A stretch of 64,000 nt of DNA from an uncultured Planctomycetota bacterium (GTDB lineage: Bacteria; Planctomycetota; Planctomycetia; Isosphaerales; Isosphaeraceae): positions 544,001 to 608,000 of the forward strand of contig CAWJTV010000020.1 in NCBI GenBank assembly GCA_963845755.1, in the 5' to 3' direction. Shown here piece after piece: positions 1-10,453 of this stretch. Under the pieces are notes generated by a model. It ran no database searches and was not told the origin of the DNA. It saw only the letters and a list, made by a program, of their open reading frames with translations. Numbering within the stretch: the stretch's first letter is position 1; each line of letters starts with the position of its first letter. The position numbers were made by a program, and so were the translations under genes.

Positions 1-61
1 CGCGCTCGGCGTCGACCCGGACCGTCTTGCCGTTGATCCGCAGTTCTTGGACTTCGGCCAT
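1..61 (-). CDS. N-terminus (runs off window) of probable (2Fe-2S)-binding small subunit, CoxS/IorA-like
   Basis: Reverse strand reads MAEVQELRINGKTVRVDAER, typical start of xanthine-dehydrogenase-family Fe-S subunits; only 20 aa visible. Confidence 0.5.
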   Translation of the reverse strand, partial: MAEVQELRINGKTVRVDAER

Positions 62-523
62 GAGGATTGTCCTGTTCAAGAGGAGTGATTCCCAGGGAGT
101 ACAGCACTCGGGCGGGATCAGGAGACTTGCGTCCAGCGCGACGCCGTCTACGAGTTCTTCAACCGCCGGCCGCCAAATACCACGCCGGTAGCAGCAGCCA
201 GACCAGAAGCGTCCTCGACAACCTCACGGTGCGTCCTCCCTTCGTGGATGTCCATCAATCGTTCGGGCGATCCGACAGAGCCATGCCTGCGCGACAGCAC
301 ACATTCCCGGACCCGGTTCGCGGAACTGAGTTCACTACTCATCATAGCGTCGGGATCGCCGCTTTCGATCCACTCGAGATTTTGATGGGTTCTTGCCAGA
401 CGCGGGACCAGGTTCGATAATCCACGCTGGACCGCTGGGAGAAGCACTCCGGTGGCAGCAGGTCAGTCATTCCGCAAATCCAATTCGATCGGTGTCGCGC
501 CCCAGAGTACAGGGAGCATCGTC

Positions 524-1309
524 ATGACGAAGCGGCTGGTCCTTTCCTGCATCGCACTGTTCCTGACATCATCCCTCGTCTCCGGGGATCAGAAGCCGGA
601 TCCCGAAACCGACGCCCAGCGGATCAGGCGCGAACTGCTGGGCACATGGGATAGCGTACTCCCCCCCGAAGCGCCGCCGCAGTACAGCCACACCAAGCTC
701 GTCACGCCGACACGTTTCACTTGGGTGACCTACGACCGCGAGAAAGAGCAGATTCTGGCCGTCGCGGGAGGGACCTGGACCTTTCAGAACGGCAAGTATC
801 GCGAGGTTTGTGATTTCGCCAGCGAGAGTCACCAGCATCTGCGGGGCGAGAGCCACACGTTCACGATCGCCCTCGCCGAGGACAAGTGGGACATCAAGTT
901 GGATGGTGCAGACATCAGGGTGGGTCAAGCCTGGAATCGGCTGAAGCCGCGTGAAGGTCAGAAGAAGAACACGGAGAAACCTGGGCAGGAGTTGACCGGT
1001 GCGTGGGAAAGGGGTCTGGGACCGAACGCCCCCAATTCGGCCAGGATCGTCAAGTACATCACGCCAACGCACTGGACCTGGGTGATCTACGACACGGAGA
1101 AAAAGGGGGTCGTGGCCGCCATGGGCGGGCCTTGGGCCTTGAAGGGCGACAGATACGTGGAGACCGTCGCGTTCACCACGGACAATTCCCGAGGTGCGCG
1201 GGGCAGCACGAACCCCTACGGATTCGAGGTCGATGGTGATCGATGGGTCATCAAGAGAGGGCCGGGTGTTCAAGGCGCTGCGGAGGAGGAGTGGACCAGA
1301 GCGAAATGA
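524..1309 (+). CDS. Secreted protein with two tandem lipocalin-like beta-barrel domains
   Basis: Signal peptide MTKRLVLSCIALFL; internal duplication ELLGTW..KLVTPTRFTWVTYD..AGGTW / ELTGAW..KYITPTHWTWVIYD..MGGPW. Confidence 0.7.
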   Translation: MTKRLVLSCIALFLTSSLVSGDQKPDPETDAQRIRRELLGTWDSVLPPEAPPQYSHTKLVTPTRFTWVTYDREKEQILAVAGGTWTFQNGKYREVCDFASESHQHLRGESHTFTIALAEDKWDIKLDGADIRVGQAWNRLKPREGQKKNTEKPGQELTGAWERGLGPNAPNSARIVKYITPTHWTWVIYDTEKKGVVAAMGGPWALKGDRYVETVAFTTDNSRGARGSTNPYGFEVDGDRWVIKRGPGVQGAAEEEWTRAK

Positions 1310-1400
1310 GCCGCCAAGGCTCAATCGGCCGGCTCGCACCGTCGCTGGGGCTCCGAGCTCAAGTTGTCTGGCCCAACGTTGGGGCGTTCGTCCCACTCGG

Positions 1401-2426
1401 CTATCGCTTGACGGCGAGGACGGCGTCGAGCGGCGACGGAGTCTTTGCTCCGAACACCTCGGAAAACCCGACCTGCTCCATCACGGCTTCGTATTCGGCG
1501 AGCGTCCGTTCCTTGCCCTCCGTGCAAGTCAACATGTTCAGATTCTGCATCTGAGCCCATCGAGGACCGCGCTTGTCTTCGTCGAGAAGCTTTTCCGCGA
1601 TGAGCAACGCCCCGCCGGTCGGAAGCCGGTCGTAAATGCGCCTGGTGAGGTCGAGGACCTTGGGTTCCGACCAGTCGTGAAGGATGCGCCCGAGGGCGAA
1701 GAGGTCAGCCTCCGGCAGGGAGTCCACGAAGAAATCGCCGGCCGCGATCTCGATTCGATCCGAGACCGGCGACGCGCCGATGATCTCGCGAGCCAGGGGG
1801 AGGGCACCGGGGAGATCGAAGACCACGGTGCGCAGAGTTGCGTAACGCTGGCAAGCAGCGATCGCCAGGTGGCCGGTCGCACCGCCGAGGTCGACCAGCC
1901 TGCGAAACCGACTCAGGTCGAAGGCCGCCACGACCTGTGGCGAGCTGATCAGTCCGTAGCCGTGCATCCCCATCAGGAATTCACGCAGGGCGTCGTCGGT
2001 CCGGAAGAAATGCGAGAAGATCGGGCCGTCCCATCCGAACGTCTGCTGCCAGCGATGAGTCCCCTCCCGGATTGCCCCCTCGAGATTGGCCCAGAGTTTC
2101 CACATCACGTCGTTCGAGTAGCCGATATAGCCGGTCAGCCGGGATGGGGACCGCTTGCAGAGATAGGTCGAGGCAACCGGCGTGTTCCGATAAGCACTAC
2201 CTTGACGATCGAGTAGCTGCAAGCCGACACACGCGTCAAGAAGGCGCTCCAGTGCGCCGGGATTCAGCTCGTGCGCTACGGCCAGTTCGTCCAAGGGCCT
2301 TGGACCGTCCTCCAGTGTGTCAAAGATCCCCAGAGAAACCGCGGCGAACATCGTCTTGGAGCGACGGAACGCTTCGAGCAGATCGAGGATCACACTCGGG
2401 TCGGGCTGCGAACCGGTTGGCATCAC
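1401..2426 (-). CDS. SAM-dependent O-methyltransferase (Methyltransf_2 with dimerisation domain)
   Basis: VDLGGATG, AGDFF, RILHDW motifs; N-terminal winged-helix dimerisation region. Confidence 0.9.
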   Translation of the reverse strand: MMPTGSQPDPSVILDLLEAFRRSKTMFAAVSLGIFDTLEDGPRPLDELAVAHELNPGALERLLDACVGLQLLDRQGSAYRNTPVASTYLCKRSPSRLTGYIGYSNDVMWKLWANLEGAIREGTHRWQQTFGWDGPIFSHFFRTDDALREFLMGMHGYGLISSPQVVAAFDLSRFRRLVDLGGATGHLAIAACQRYATLRTVVFDLPGALPLAREIIGASPVSDRIEIAAGDFFVDSLPEADLFALGRILHDWSEPKVLDLTRRIYDRLPTGGALLIAEKLLDEDKRGPRWAQMQNLNMLTCTEGKERTLAEYEAVMEQVGFSEVFGAKTPSPLDAVLAVKR

Positions 2427-2467
2427 GGGTTGTTCCTCTCTTTCGGCAGTGCCCGCTGCGAATAAAC

Positions 2468-2854
2468 TTATACAGGATCCGGAGATGTTCCGGCGCCATC
2501 AATTTCAGCGACTTCTCCCCCTTCGGGTCCATAGAAAAAGACCCAGACCACCAGATCGTCGGTGAATTCCTCGAAGCGATGCACAAATCCAGCCGGGACG
2601 AACAGCACATCGCCCGGCCCAAAACGGTGGCGGTCCGCCCCGTTGACGAACGATCCCTCGCCACGCACCACCACATAGACCTCGTCCCGTGAGTGAGGCT
2701 GCTGCGGGTTGACGCTACGGGGAGCATAGAGCTCGACCGACAGCGATCCGTGCTCGAACGCCACGACGAACCGTTGGCCCCCGGGCGTCGGGAGGCGATT
2801 CAGCCAGTCGCCGAGAACGCCGTGAAAGCGAGCCTTTGGAGCAGCTTGATCCAT
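2468..2854 (-). CDS. Cupin domain protein
   Basis: QQPHSRDEVYVVVRGEG..GPGDVLFVPAGFVHRF cupin motifs. Confidence 0.85.
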   Translation of the reverse strand: MDQAAPKARFHGVLGDWLNRLPTPGGQRFVVAFEHGSLSVELYAPRSVNPQQPHSRDEVYVVVRGEGSFVNGADRHRFGPGDVLFVPAGFVHRFEEFTDDLVVWVFFYGPEGGEVAEIDGAGTSPDPV

Positions 2855-2866
2855 GAGCGATCCCGA

Positions 2867-3271
2867 TCACGCCGAAGTTTCACCTCCCTGAGCGTGCTGG
2901 GCAAACACGATCAGGTTGCCGGCCGGCTCCCGGACTCCAATCTCGGTCGCACCGTAGAACGTCGTCCGCCTCGGGACCACCAAGGCCCAGCCCGCGAGCC
3001 GTCGCTCCACGTCGTCGATGTCCGTGACCTCGACATACATGGCATTGGGAGACGTCGATCCTGAGACGGCCGCCGCGAGGGACGGCATGTCCTTCTTGAG
3101 GCTTTCGCGTGATTGATACATGATCTCGACGTTACCCCGCGAGAGGATCACGAATCCGAGAACGTCTCCCTCCGGGACCTCGACGGTCTTCTCGAACCCC
3201 AGTCGAGCGGTCCAGAAGTCCAGGCATGGCTCGATCCGATCGACCACGAAAACCGGCGTCAGCTTCTTCAT
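2867..3271 (-). CDS. VOC/glyoxalase family protein
   Basis: FWTARLGF..YVEVTDID..TFYGATEIGVREPAGN. Confidence 0.85.
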   Translation of the reverse strand: MKKLTPVFVVDRIEPCLDFWTARLGFEKTVEVPEGDVLGFVILSRGNVEIMYQSRESLKKDMPSLAAAVSGSTSPNAMYVEVTDIDDVERRLAGWALVVPRRTTFYGATEIGVREPAGNLIVFAQHAQGGETSA

Positions 3272-3349
3272 GGTGAATGCTCCACGTCCTCGTACATCGA
3301 ACCCCGACGTGCAAACTGATCGTGTGTATATCCAAACCTGGCGGGGAAA

Positions 3350-3853
3350 TCAAGTCATGGGATGGATCCGGGCCTGGTGCTCCTTGCGCAAGGCGACGAT
3401 CAGGTAGATGACGATGCCGACGTTGAGCACGAAGATCGCGATTCTGAGGGGGCTTATCCTGTGAGCGAGTTCGTAGATCTCGAATGGGACGAGTGAGCTT
3501 GTGGCCAGGATCACAAGGTAGCCGGCCCAGTCTTTGCCGAGAATCAAGCCGGTTCCTTCGACGAGGTGGAGCAGGGCATAGAAAAATGTGCCCGCCTCGA
3601 GGGCACGGAGATGGGCTCGGTCGATGCCGGTGATCCCCGAAAGCACGGCGTGGATGACGTGGTGATTCGGATCGAGTCCAAGGTGGGTGATGAGCCGCTC
3701 GGCCGCCGCGCCCGGATCGTTGCCGAGGAAGCGGAAGACGCCGATGCCGACGATCAGCGCCATGGCACCACTGAGCAGCTTCAGGATACCGATGACCTTG
3801 AAGCCGAGTTGCCCGGGTTTTGCCGAGTTCTTCATTATTTGTCTGCCATCCAT
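3350..3853 (-). CDS. DUF2127 family membrane protein
   Basis: Four hydrophobic segments; YALLHLVEGTGL..WAGYL..PFEIYEL; start may be 3835. Confidence 0.8.
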   Translation of the reverse strand: MDGRQIMKNSAKPGQLGFKVIGILKLLSGAMALIVGIGVFRFLGNDPGAAAERLITHLGLDPNHHVIHAVLSGITGIDRAHLRALEAGTFFYALLHLVEGTGLILGKDWAGYLVILATSSLVPFEIYELAHRISPLRIAIFVLNVGIVIYLIVALRKEHQARIHPMT

Positions 3854-3964
3854 TCGCCACGGAGAAGGTGAACACGACAAAGGATTGAGAACTGGCATGC
3901 CGGCCCCAGGAGCCGTAAGATCGAATAGACCGTGGTCCCGATTATAGCCGAGGAGGAAAAAATC

Positions 3965-4207
3965 GTGTCGCATGCGACTTCCCAACTGCTCGATCAGACC
4001 CTGCATTTGTCGGACCAAGATCGCGGCGACCTGGCTGCTCGGCTCATTGATCGCCTCGACCCGATCCCGGACGATGAGGACGTGGACGCGGCCTGGGCTC
4101 ACCAAATCCGAGAGCGCCTCGACGACCTGGACCATGGACGGGTTCGGACAATGTCGTGGGCCGAGGCCCGCCGACTGATCGCGGAAGACGCGGATCCGGG
4201 TACCTGA
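3965..4207 (+). CDS. Putative addiction-module antitoxin component (TIGR02574-like), no adjacent toxin
   Basis: RBS GAGGAGG + GTG; LSDQDRGDLAARLIDRLD..VDAAWAHQIRERLDDLDHGRVRTMSWAEAR. Confidence 0.8.
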   Translation: MSHATSQLLDQTLHLSDQDRGDLAARLIDRLDPIPDDEDVDAAWAHQIRERLDDLDHGRVRTMSWAEARRLIAEDADPGT

Positions 4208-4278
4208 AGCGGCGATCGCTCTAACCTTATAATCGAGAATCTCAGGCTCAGGTCGCAGCCCAGGCGGTGCGCAATCAG

Positions 4279-5049
4279 TCACTCAAACCGCAGATGCATG
4301 ACCGACTGCCCCGAATCGCGGAGCTCAATCAGCGAATCGATGCCGATCTCCAGGTGCTTCCGCACGTACTTCTCGGTGACGGCCTTATCGCTTCGGCTCG
4401 ACTTGACGCCCTCGGGCGTCATCGGGTTGTCGGAAACGAGGAGCAGCGCTCCCTTGGGGATGTGGTTGACGAACCCGACGATGAAGAGCGTGGCGGTTTC
4501 CATGTCGATCCCCAGGGCCCGGATCCTCTTGAGGTAATCCCGGAAGGACTCGTCGTGCTCCCAGACGCGCCGGTTGGTCGTGTAGACGGTGCCGGTGGCG
4601 TACTCGAGCCCGTGCTTGACGATCATGGCCGAGACCGCCTTCTGGAGCCGGAACGACGGGAGAGCCGGGATCTCCGGCGGCATGTAATCGTTGCTGGTCC
4701 CCTCCCCCCGGATGGCGGCGATCGGCAGGATGAAATCGCCCACCCGGGTCTTCTTCAAACCGCCGCACTTGCCCAGGAACAAGACGGCCTTGGGCCCGAT
4801 CGCGGCGAGCAGGTCCATCACCGTCGCTGCCATCGCGCTGCCCATCCCGAAGTTGAGGATCGTCAGGTTCTCCGCGGTCGCCGACTGCATGGGATGGGCC
4901 CGACCCAGCACCTCAACGCCGAACCGTTGGGCAAACTCGTCCACATAATTATGAAAGTTGCTCAGGAGAATGTACTCGCCGAACCCATCGAGCGGCCGGC
5001 CGGTATAGCGGGGCAGCCAATCCTTCACGATTTCGGATTTCGTCTTCAC
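4279..5049 (-). CDS. amn: AMP nucleosidase (short, PNP/UDP phosphorylase fold)
   Basis: KTKSEIVKDWLPRYTG, NFGMGS, FLGKCGG, TVYTTNRRVWEHD, IDMETAT. Confidence 0.85.
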   Translation of the reverse strand: MKTKSEIVKDWLPRYTGRPLDGFGEYILLSNFHNYVDEFAQRFGVEVLGRAHPMQSATAENLTILNFGMGSAMAATVMDLLAAIGPKAVLFLGKCGGLKKTRVGDFILPIAAIRGEGTSNDYMPPEIPALPSFRLQKAVSAMIVKHGLEYATGTVYTTNRRVWEHDESFRDYLKRIRALGIDMETATLFIVGFVNHIPKGALLLVSDNPMTPEGVKSSRSDKAVTEKYVRKHLEIGIDSLIELRDSGQSVMHLRFE

Positions 5050-5078
5050 GGATTCGCGTTCCTCGGGAAGAGGCATTT

Positions 5079-5801
5079 TCAAAGTTCCGGCTGGTCGGGC
5101 AGCCGATACCTTTGATAGTCACGTCCGCGCGGGTCGCCCTGGATGTGATCCATCATGATCGGCTCGCCGACGAGGATCACGCTCGAAGAGACGGTCCCGC
5201 GCTCGGTGCCGGGGATGATAATCTGATCGTCGCGGCCGATCCGTCCGGCCGAGGCCAGGAAGTTGCGCGGGGCCAAGTGGGAGGCGACGAACCGGATCCT
5301 CGGGTCGTCGTCGGCGTCAAGGTCCAGATTCGTCATGGCGTGGATTCCCGGCCTCAGCTCCGCAACGGCGACCCGCGAGGCGCCCGGGGCCTGGACGACA
5401 AAGGCGGCCTCCTCGCCGGCGATGAGGTAGTTGCAGCCTCCGAAGCCTCCGCGGGCCAGGTCGGATCGGGCGTACTGCGACGCCTCGGCAGGGTCGTCGA
5501 ACCCGAGCAAGTCGACGGCCAGCAGCCCCTTCGAACGCGTCTGAGCTTCCCAGGCGAGCTCTCCATCATTCCGGTTGGTGACCGCGACCGCCATCCCCGA
5601 TTCGTTAACACCCAGCCAGGTTCCCATCTGAGGGAGCGTCCCGTCCGGCCCATGGTCAGCTCCTGCCAACAGGACGCGCAGTGACCGGACCCGGCAACAG
5701 ACCGGCGACGTCACCGGACGGTGCCGCGACTCCTCGCGATTGGCCCCGATCATCACGGGGAGGCAACCTTCGATCCGATACGCGATGAAGACCAAGCACA
5801 T
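5079..5801 (-). CDS. NRDE/TANGO2 family protein
   Basis: N-terminal MCL, ANREE..RP, GTWLGVNESG..AVTN, GTVSSS. Confidence 0.85.
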   Translation of the reverse strand: MCLVFIAYRIEGCLPVMIGANREESRHRPVTSPVCCRVRSLRVLLAGADHGPDGTLPQMGTWLGVNESGMAVAVTNRNDGELAWEAQTRSKGLLAVDLLGFDDPAEASQYARSDLARGGFGGCNYLIAGEEAAFVVQAPGASRVAVAELRPGIHAMTNLDLDADDDPRIRFVASHLAPRNFLASAGRIGRDDQIIIPGTERGTVSSSVILVGEPIMMDHIQGDPRGRDYQRYRLPDQPEL

Positions 5802-6106
5802 CGTTCCGCAATCCGTGCCGCCTTGACTTTGCAAGATCGCCGCCAATCCTACATCATGGCGAAAATGATGTCATTGCCAAGAGCAGGTGGCGAGAGAGGA
5901 TCCGGATAACACTTCCGACTTCATAGAAGTTGAGAGCGTGAATTCCCCCTCACCCGGCCCTTGACAGATCTTCTCCCGACCGCCGGTTGGCCGGCTCGAC
6001 CGGGCTGAGTCCGAATTCGAGCTTGATGCTTCGGCTGTTCCGGACGATCGTGGTTAACTCTACAATGGTCGTGTCAGGGTCGTCTTCCGTGAAGAGGAGA
6101 AATACA

Positions 6107-6604
6107 ATGATGTTCAACGATCACCAGTGGATGGCAACTTGGAGTCTGGCGTTTGTGACGATGTCGATATGGGGGGCGGCCCCGAGCCAGGGGCAGCCCG
6201 AACGCGAGGATTCGGTCGGTGCCGTCCGCACAGTCCTGGATCGCCAAGTCGTCGATTGGAACAAGGGAGACCTGGACGGGTTCCTCAGTGGTTACTGGAA
6301 CTCGCCAAAGGTAGTCTTCCAGTCAGGCGGGCAACGGTACGACGGATGGACGGCGATGCGGGATCGTTATCGTCGCCGATATCAGGCGGAGGGCCGGGCG
6401 ATGGGCCGACTCGAGTTCTCGGCACTGGACATCGAGCCACTGGGCCCCGAGGCCGTCCTGGCCAGAGGGCGTTGGCGGTTAACCATGCCCGACGGCACCA
6501 AGCCCGGCGGCCTCTTCACGGTCATCTTTCGCAAGCTTCCGGACGGGTGGAAGATCGTGCACGACCACACCTCCGCCGATGAAGCCAGGACGGCAAACCC
6601 GTAG
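6107..6604 (+). CDS. NTF2-like (YybH/DUF4440) secreted protein
   Basis: WNKGDLDGFLSGYW..GLFTVIFRKLPDGWKIVHDHTS. Confidence 0.85.
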   Translation: MMFNDHQWMATWSLAFVTMSIWGAAPSQGQPEREDSVGAVRTVLDRQVVDWNKGDLDGFLSGYWNSPKVVFQSGGQRYDGWTAMRDRYRRRYQAEGRAMGRLEFSALDIEPLGPEAVLARGRWRLTMPDGTKPGGLFTVIFRKLPDGWKIVHDHTSADEARTANP

Positions 6605-6681
6605 GGCCGTTTCACCCGACCGGAACAGGCGAACTGCTCAGCCGGTTCCGGCGGATGGAGCCGATCCTACGGTGCGGATGT

Positions 6682-7257
6682 TCACTCGGGCACAGCGACC
6701 TTGCGGCAGCGGATGATTCCCGCCAGGACGAGGCCGGCGAGGAGCCAGCCGACCGACTGGTCGATGGCTTCAGCCGCCGTGAAGTCAGCCGGGAAACCAT
6801 ACCAGTTCCAGTACGGCACGCTGATGGTCAGGAACCCGAAGACCCCGAGCAAGGTGACGAACAGCACCCGTCCCCAGTAGCCCGACCGGACCGACGTCAG
6901 CAAGAAGGCAGCCAACAGTGCGGAGACGACGTTGGTTGCAAGCTCGGTGCCCAACTGGCGGGGAGACATCGCCTCTCCGCCGGACGGCTGCACGATCAGT
7001 ACGCCCACGGGGCCCTTCTTCACCTTCTCCATCCAGACCCGCTCTTCCGATTCCGAAGCCTGCTTGCTCATGTCCCTGCCGGGGAAGAAGTAGAAACCCG
7101 GCTCGCGGACCGAGTCGCGCACCGCTCCGATCACCGATTCTTCGTTGGTGATCTGGTGAACGCCCATTTTCCCGAGCGGGAGTACCATATGCGAGAACGC
7201 CCCCCAGAAGAATACGACGATCCCCGCCAAGAGCCCGCCCAGCACGACTTTGGCCAT
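6682..7257 (-). CDS. Hypothetical integral membrane protein
   Basis: RBS then MAKVVLGGLLAGIVVFFWG; four TM segments; PG.YFFP and YWNWYGFP motifs. Confidence 0.75.
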   Translation of the reverse strand: MAKVVLGGLLAGIVVFFWGAFSHMVLPLGKMGVHQITNEESVIGAVRDSVREPGFYFFPGRDMSKQASESEERVWMEKVKKGPVGVLIVQPSGGEAMSPRQLGTELATNVVSALLAAFLLTSVRSGYWGRVLFVTLLGVFGFLTISVPYWNWYGFPADFTAAEAIDQSVGWLLAGLVLAGIIRCRKVAVPE

Positions 7258-7457
7258 GGTTTCCCCTCCCATCCTGGAGTTCCGAGACGCCGGGATGCGT
7301 CCCCGCGTCAAGTTGCCGGGCGTCGCATCCGTTGCGACCCGGCGATCATGCCCACAGAATCGCTCTAACTCGTAAGATCGGCTGAGACTGGTGGTTTTCT
7401 GCACACGATGATCGCCAAATTCTCCGATGCCATGCTGACGTGCAAGCGGAACGCTGC

Positions 7458-7972
7458 TTAATTGTGCCCTTTACGGTAAGCGATAAGGCGATCACCGCGC
7501 CTCAGATGATAATTCGTCAGCGGGTCACTCAGGTTGACAGGTAGGCACAATTCCGGCGCCGAGGCGGACGCGGGACGTACCAGTCGAATGTGGTTCGGAT
7601 CGGCGCTCGTCAACAAGCCGTTACATTCCCCGATCGCATTTCTGACACTCAAGTTCCGTCCGAGCGTTTCGAGGGCACCCGGATAGACCACATCTCCTAA
7701 CGCGGCCTTCGGCCGCAACCCCATCGGGATTCCCGATTCGCGATTCCGGATTCCCGAAGGGGAATGATCCGGGAATCCGGAATGTCGAATCCGGAATTCG
7801 GAATCCCCAGAGGTGCGCACGGCGGCAGGGAGCCTACGGAGGACGACTCTAACATATAACAGCGACTCGCCACACGCTGTGATTTGTAGAATTCAGGGGC
7901 CATCACAGCCAACGGAATCGCCAGCATCAGAATCGTTGAAATAAGTGTTCGTATGCGAAATTGGTTCTTCAC
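7458..7972 (-). pseudogene. Small SLBB-domain (polysaccharide export Wza-like) protein with N-terminal TM helix, interrupted by a 149-bp insertion
   Basis: Removing 152 bp (element + one TAA) gives a 363-bp ORF: VKNQFRIRTL..SRCYML|GDVVYPG..NHIRLVRP..LPVNL..TNYHLRRGDRLIAYR; RBS GGAGAAGG before GTG. Confidence 0.75.
7701..7849. mobile_element. Non-autonomous element: left GCGGCC-TTC-GGCCGC hairpin, internal inverted heptamer arrays, right end ..GACTC; TAA duplicated
   Basis: TAA at 7698-7700 and 7850-7852 (CTAAC on both sides); excision restores the host reading frame. Confidence 0.75.
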
Positions 7973-8227
7973 GACGTCCTTCTCCGATGCAATCGGAACG
8001 ATCCCCTGGAACCAGGGCGGTACGATACTCGGTTTCGTCAACCGGGTCAATTTCCCCCGAAAGCAACACCTGGCGATAGCACTTGCGCACTTTTCCACGC
8101 TCTCGCGTGCTTACGGCTTTCCTGGTCGCGAAAGCCGGCTTGACGCTTGAGTGATGCATGTCAAGTGCGTTACCCTCATGGACTCGGTCCGCATTTGATC
8201 GACTCGAACTCCTGCAAGGTGATCGAC

Positions 8228-9555
8228 ATGTCGTACCTCTCTCCTGGCAGCGTCATCGCGCCTCTCGTTCTTCTCGTCGCCGGTTCCTGGCGGATGGAGA
8301 TGACCTTTGTCGACGACCTTGCTGCCCTCCGTGGGAAGGTCGACGAAGTACTTCGCGTGGAGCTGACCCAGGATTGGTATCCGCGCGCCGTGGACCGGCA
8401 ACGGGGCGGTTTCCATCAGACATTCGCCCGGGATTGGTCGCCATCGCCCGATCGTGACACCTTCCTCGTCTATCAATCCCGCATGACCTGGACTGCGGCG
8501 GCTTTTGCCCGGCACTCGCCGACTCATCGCGACGAATTCGCGGGATACGCTCGCCATGGGATCGAGTTCCTGGATCGCGTCATGAGAGACAGGGAATTCG
8601 GCGGCCTGCACTGGGTGCTCGATTCGCAGGGCCGTCTCGACCCCAACCTCGGCGATGAGAAACACGTTTATGGGATCGCGTTCGCAATCTACGCCGCGAG
8701 CACGGTTCGAGATGTCACCGGCGACGAGCAGGCGCTGGCGCTGGCGCGGGAAACCTTCGACTGGCTGGACCGGCACGCGCATGACGCGAAGCACGGCGGT
8801 TACTTCGAAGCGTTACGGCGGGACGGTACTCCGATCCTTGGTTGGGACGAGAAGACGCCAATCGCCCGGCGGTCGGACCGTCTCGGCATCTACTACGGCT
8901 ACAAGACGATGAATGTGCACATCCATCTCCTGGAAGCAATCACCGCGTTGTCGCGGGTAGACCCGCGGCCTCTAGTCAAGGAGCGATTGCGCGAGCTGCA
9001 CGCCATCGTTCGCGACCGGATCGCCGTCGAGCCGGGCGCGCTGAATTTGTACCTCACCCCCGACTGGCGACCGATTCCCGCGCACGATTCGTTCGGCCAC
9101 GACGTCGAAACGGCCTACCTCCTCGTGGAAGCGGCCGAAAGTCTGGGGATTCCCGATGATGCCCGCACCTGGGAGATGGCGCGACGGCTGGTCGATCATG
9201 CCCTCGACTGGGGCTGGGACGACGACCATGGTGGCTTTTACGACAAGGGCGACTCATTCGGCTCACCCGCCTGGGACCGGAAGAAGGTCTGGTGGACCGA
9301 GGCAGAGGGCCTCAACGCGCGCTGCTGGTCATGCATCGGAAGTACGGCGAGCACAACGACCGATATGCGAAAGCGTTCCGGAAGCAGTGGGATTTCATCG
9401 AGAAGCACATGATCGATCCGCTTCATGGCGGCTGGTTCGCCGAGACGACTCGCGACGGCTCCTTGATTGGCGACGGCGCCAAGGCCAACTCCTGGAAAGC
9501 CAACTATCATACGTCGCGCGCCCTGATGAATGTCTCGGTACTCCTCGGGCGGTAG
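8228..9555 (+). CDS. AGE family epimerase (cellobiose 2-epimerase-like); frameshift near 9318
   Basis: YQSRMTW, KHVYG.AF.IYA, KTMNVHIHLLEA, SFGHDVE, KVWW..AE, WKANYH in two consecutive frames. Confidence 0.85.
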
Positions 9556-9758
9556 GGCAGTCCTCGCTCCGAGCCGTGAGATCAATATCCTGCCGCGGAA
9601 AGTCAGAGATCGCTGAGGCTGATCGTGACCATGGTGAGGGCAGAACTACCATTGTTGCCTGCGTCGAAGTCGAGGATCCTTCGCCGGCATAGCGTGCGCG
9701 CACGGTCTGAATCGGCTTCCGTTCTATCGAGTTTCCGATTCTTCCTCGATCCGATCGC

Positions 9759-10037
9759 TCATCTCTTCGAGAAGAGCCGGGCGAACGCGCCTCGCAAACC
9801 CCGGGGGCCGGCCGCCTCGGAGTCTCCCTCGGGGATACATTGGCGGAACAGCTCTTCCAGGCTGCGGCGGAAACCCCAGTCTCTGGTGAGTTGGCTGAGC
9901 CGGTCGAACTCCCCCTTGCTCATGTAGCCCCGGAACACCAGTTTGTGGGCCTCGGGGTCGAAGAGAATGCGATCCTGGAGATCGGGCGGGAATTGATAGC
10001 CGTCCGGCATTTTGTCGAGTCTGACGAAGTGATCCAT
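9759..10037 (-). CDS. Hypothetical protein
   Basis: Globular-looking 92-aa ORF MDHFVRLDKMP..FRGYMSKGEFDRL. Confidence 0.6.
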   Translation of the reverse strand: MDHFVRLDKMPDGYQFPPDLQDRILFDPEAHKLVFRGYMSKGEFDRLSQLTRDWGFRRSLEELFRQCIPEGDSEAAGPRGLRGAFARLFSKR

Positions 10038-10453
10038 GGGACCCCCGATCAAGAACCTATCCGATCGTTAAATCCTTTCCGGGATCGCGAGATCGAACCA
10101 GACCCTGCGCCCGGTCCATGCAGACCGTAGGCCTCCAGGTGACCCGGCCGGTTCCGGCGCGATCGTCAGGCCGATCGAGCGACCTCATAATGAGAGAATC
10201 GGAACGCAGGGAACGGTGCGGTGGTCCCGCCGAAACTCGCAATGATAGAAGATGTATCGGCAATCGGCCGTTCCTGCAATTCGCAAATGCGGATCATCCT
10301 ATAGCGAATTATCTCAATCCGACTCGCGGTCGTCCAGCACGTTGTTCCCGGGACGCGCGTGTCCGTGTCGACTTGCGGATCTCGGCTTCCTCAGGGAGAA
10401 TACCGGGCCGATGGGATCGGGTGGTGTTATCGCAAGGAGGAGGGGAGCGGCGG

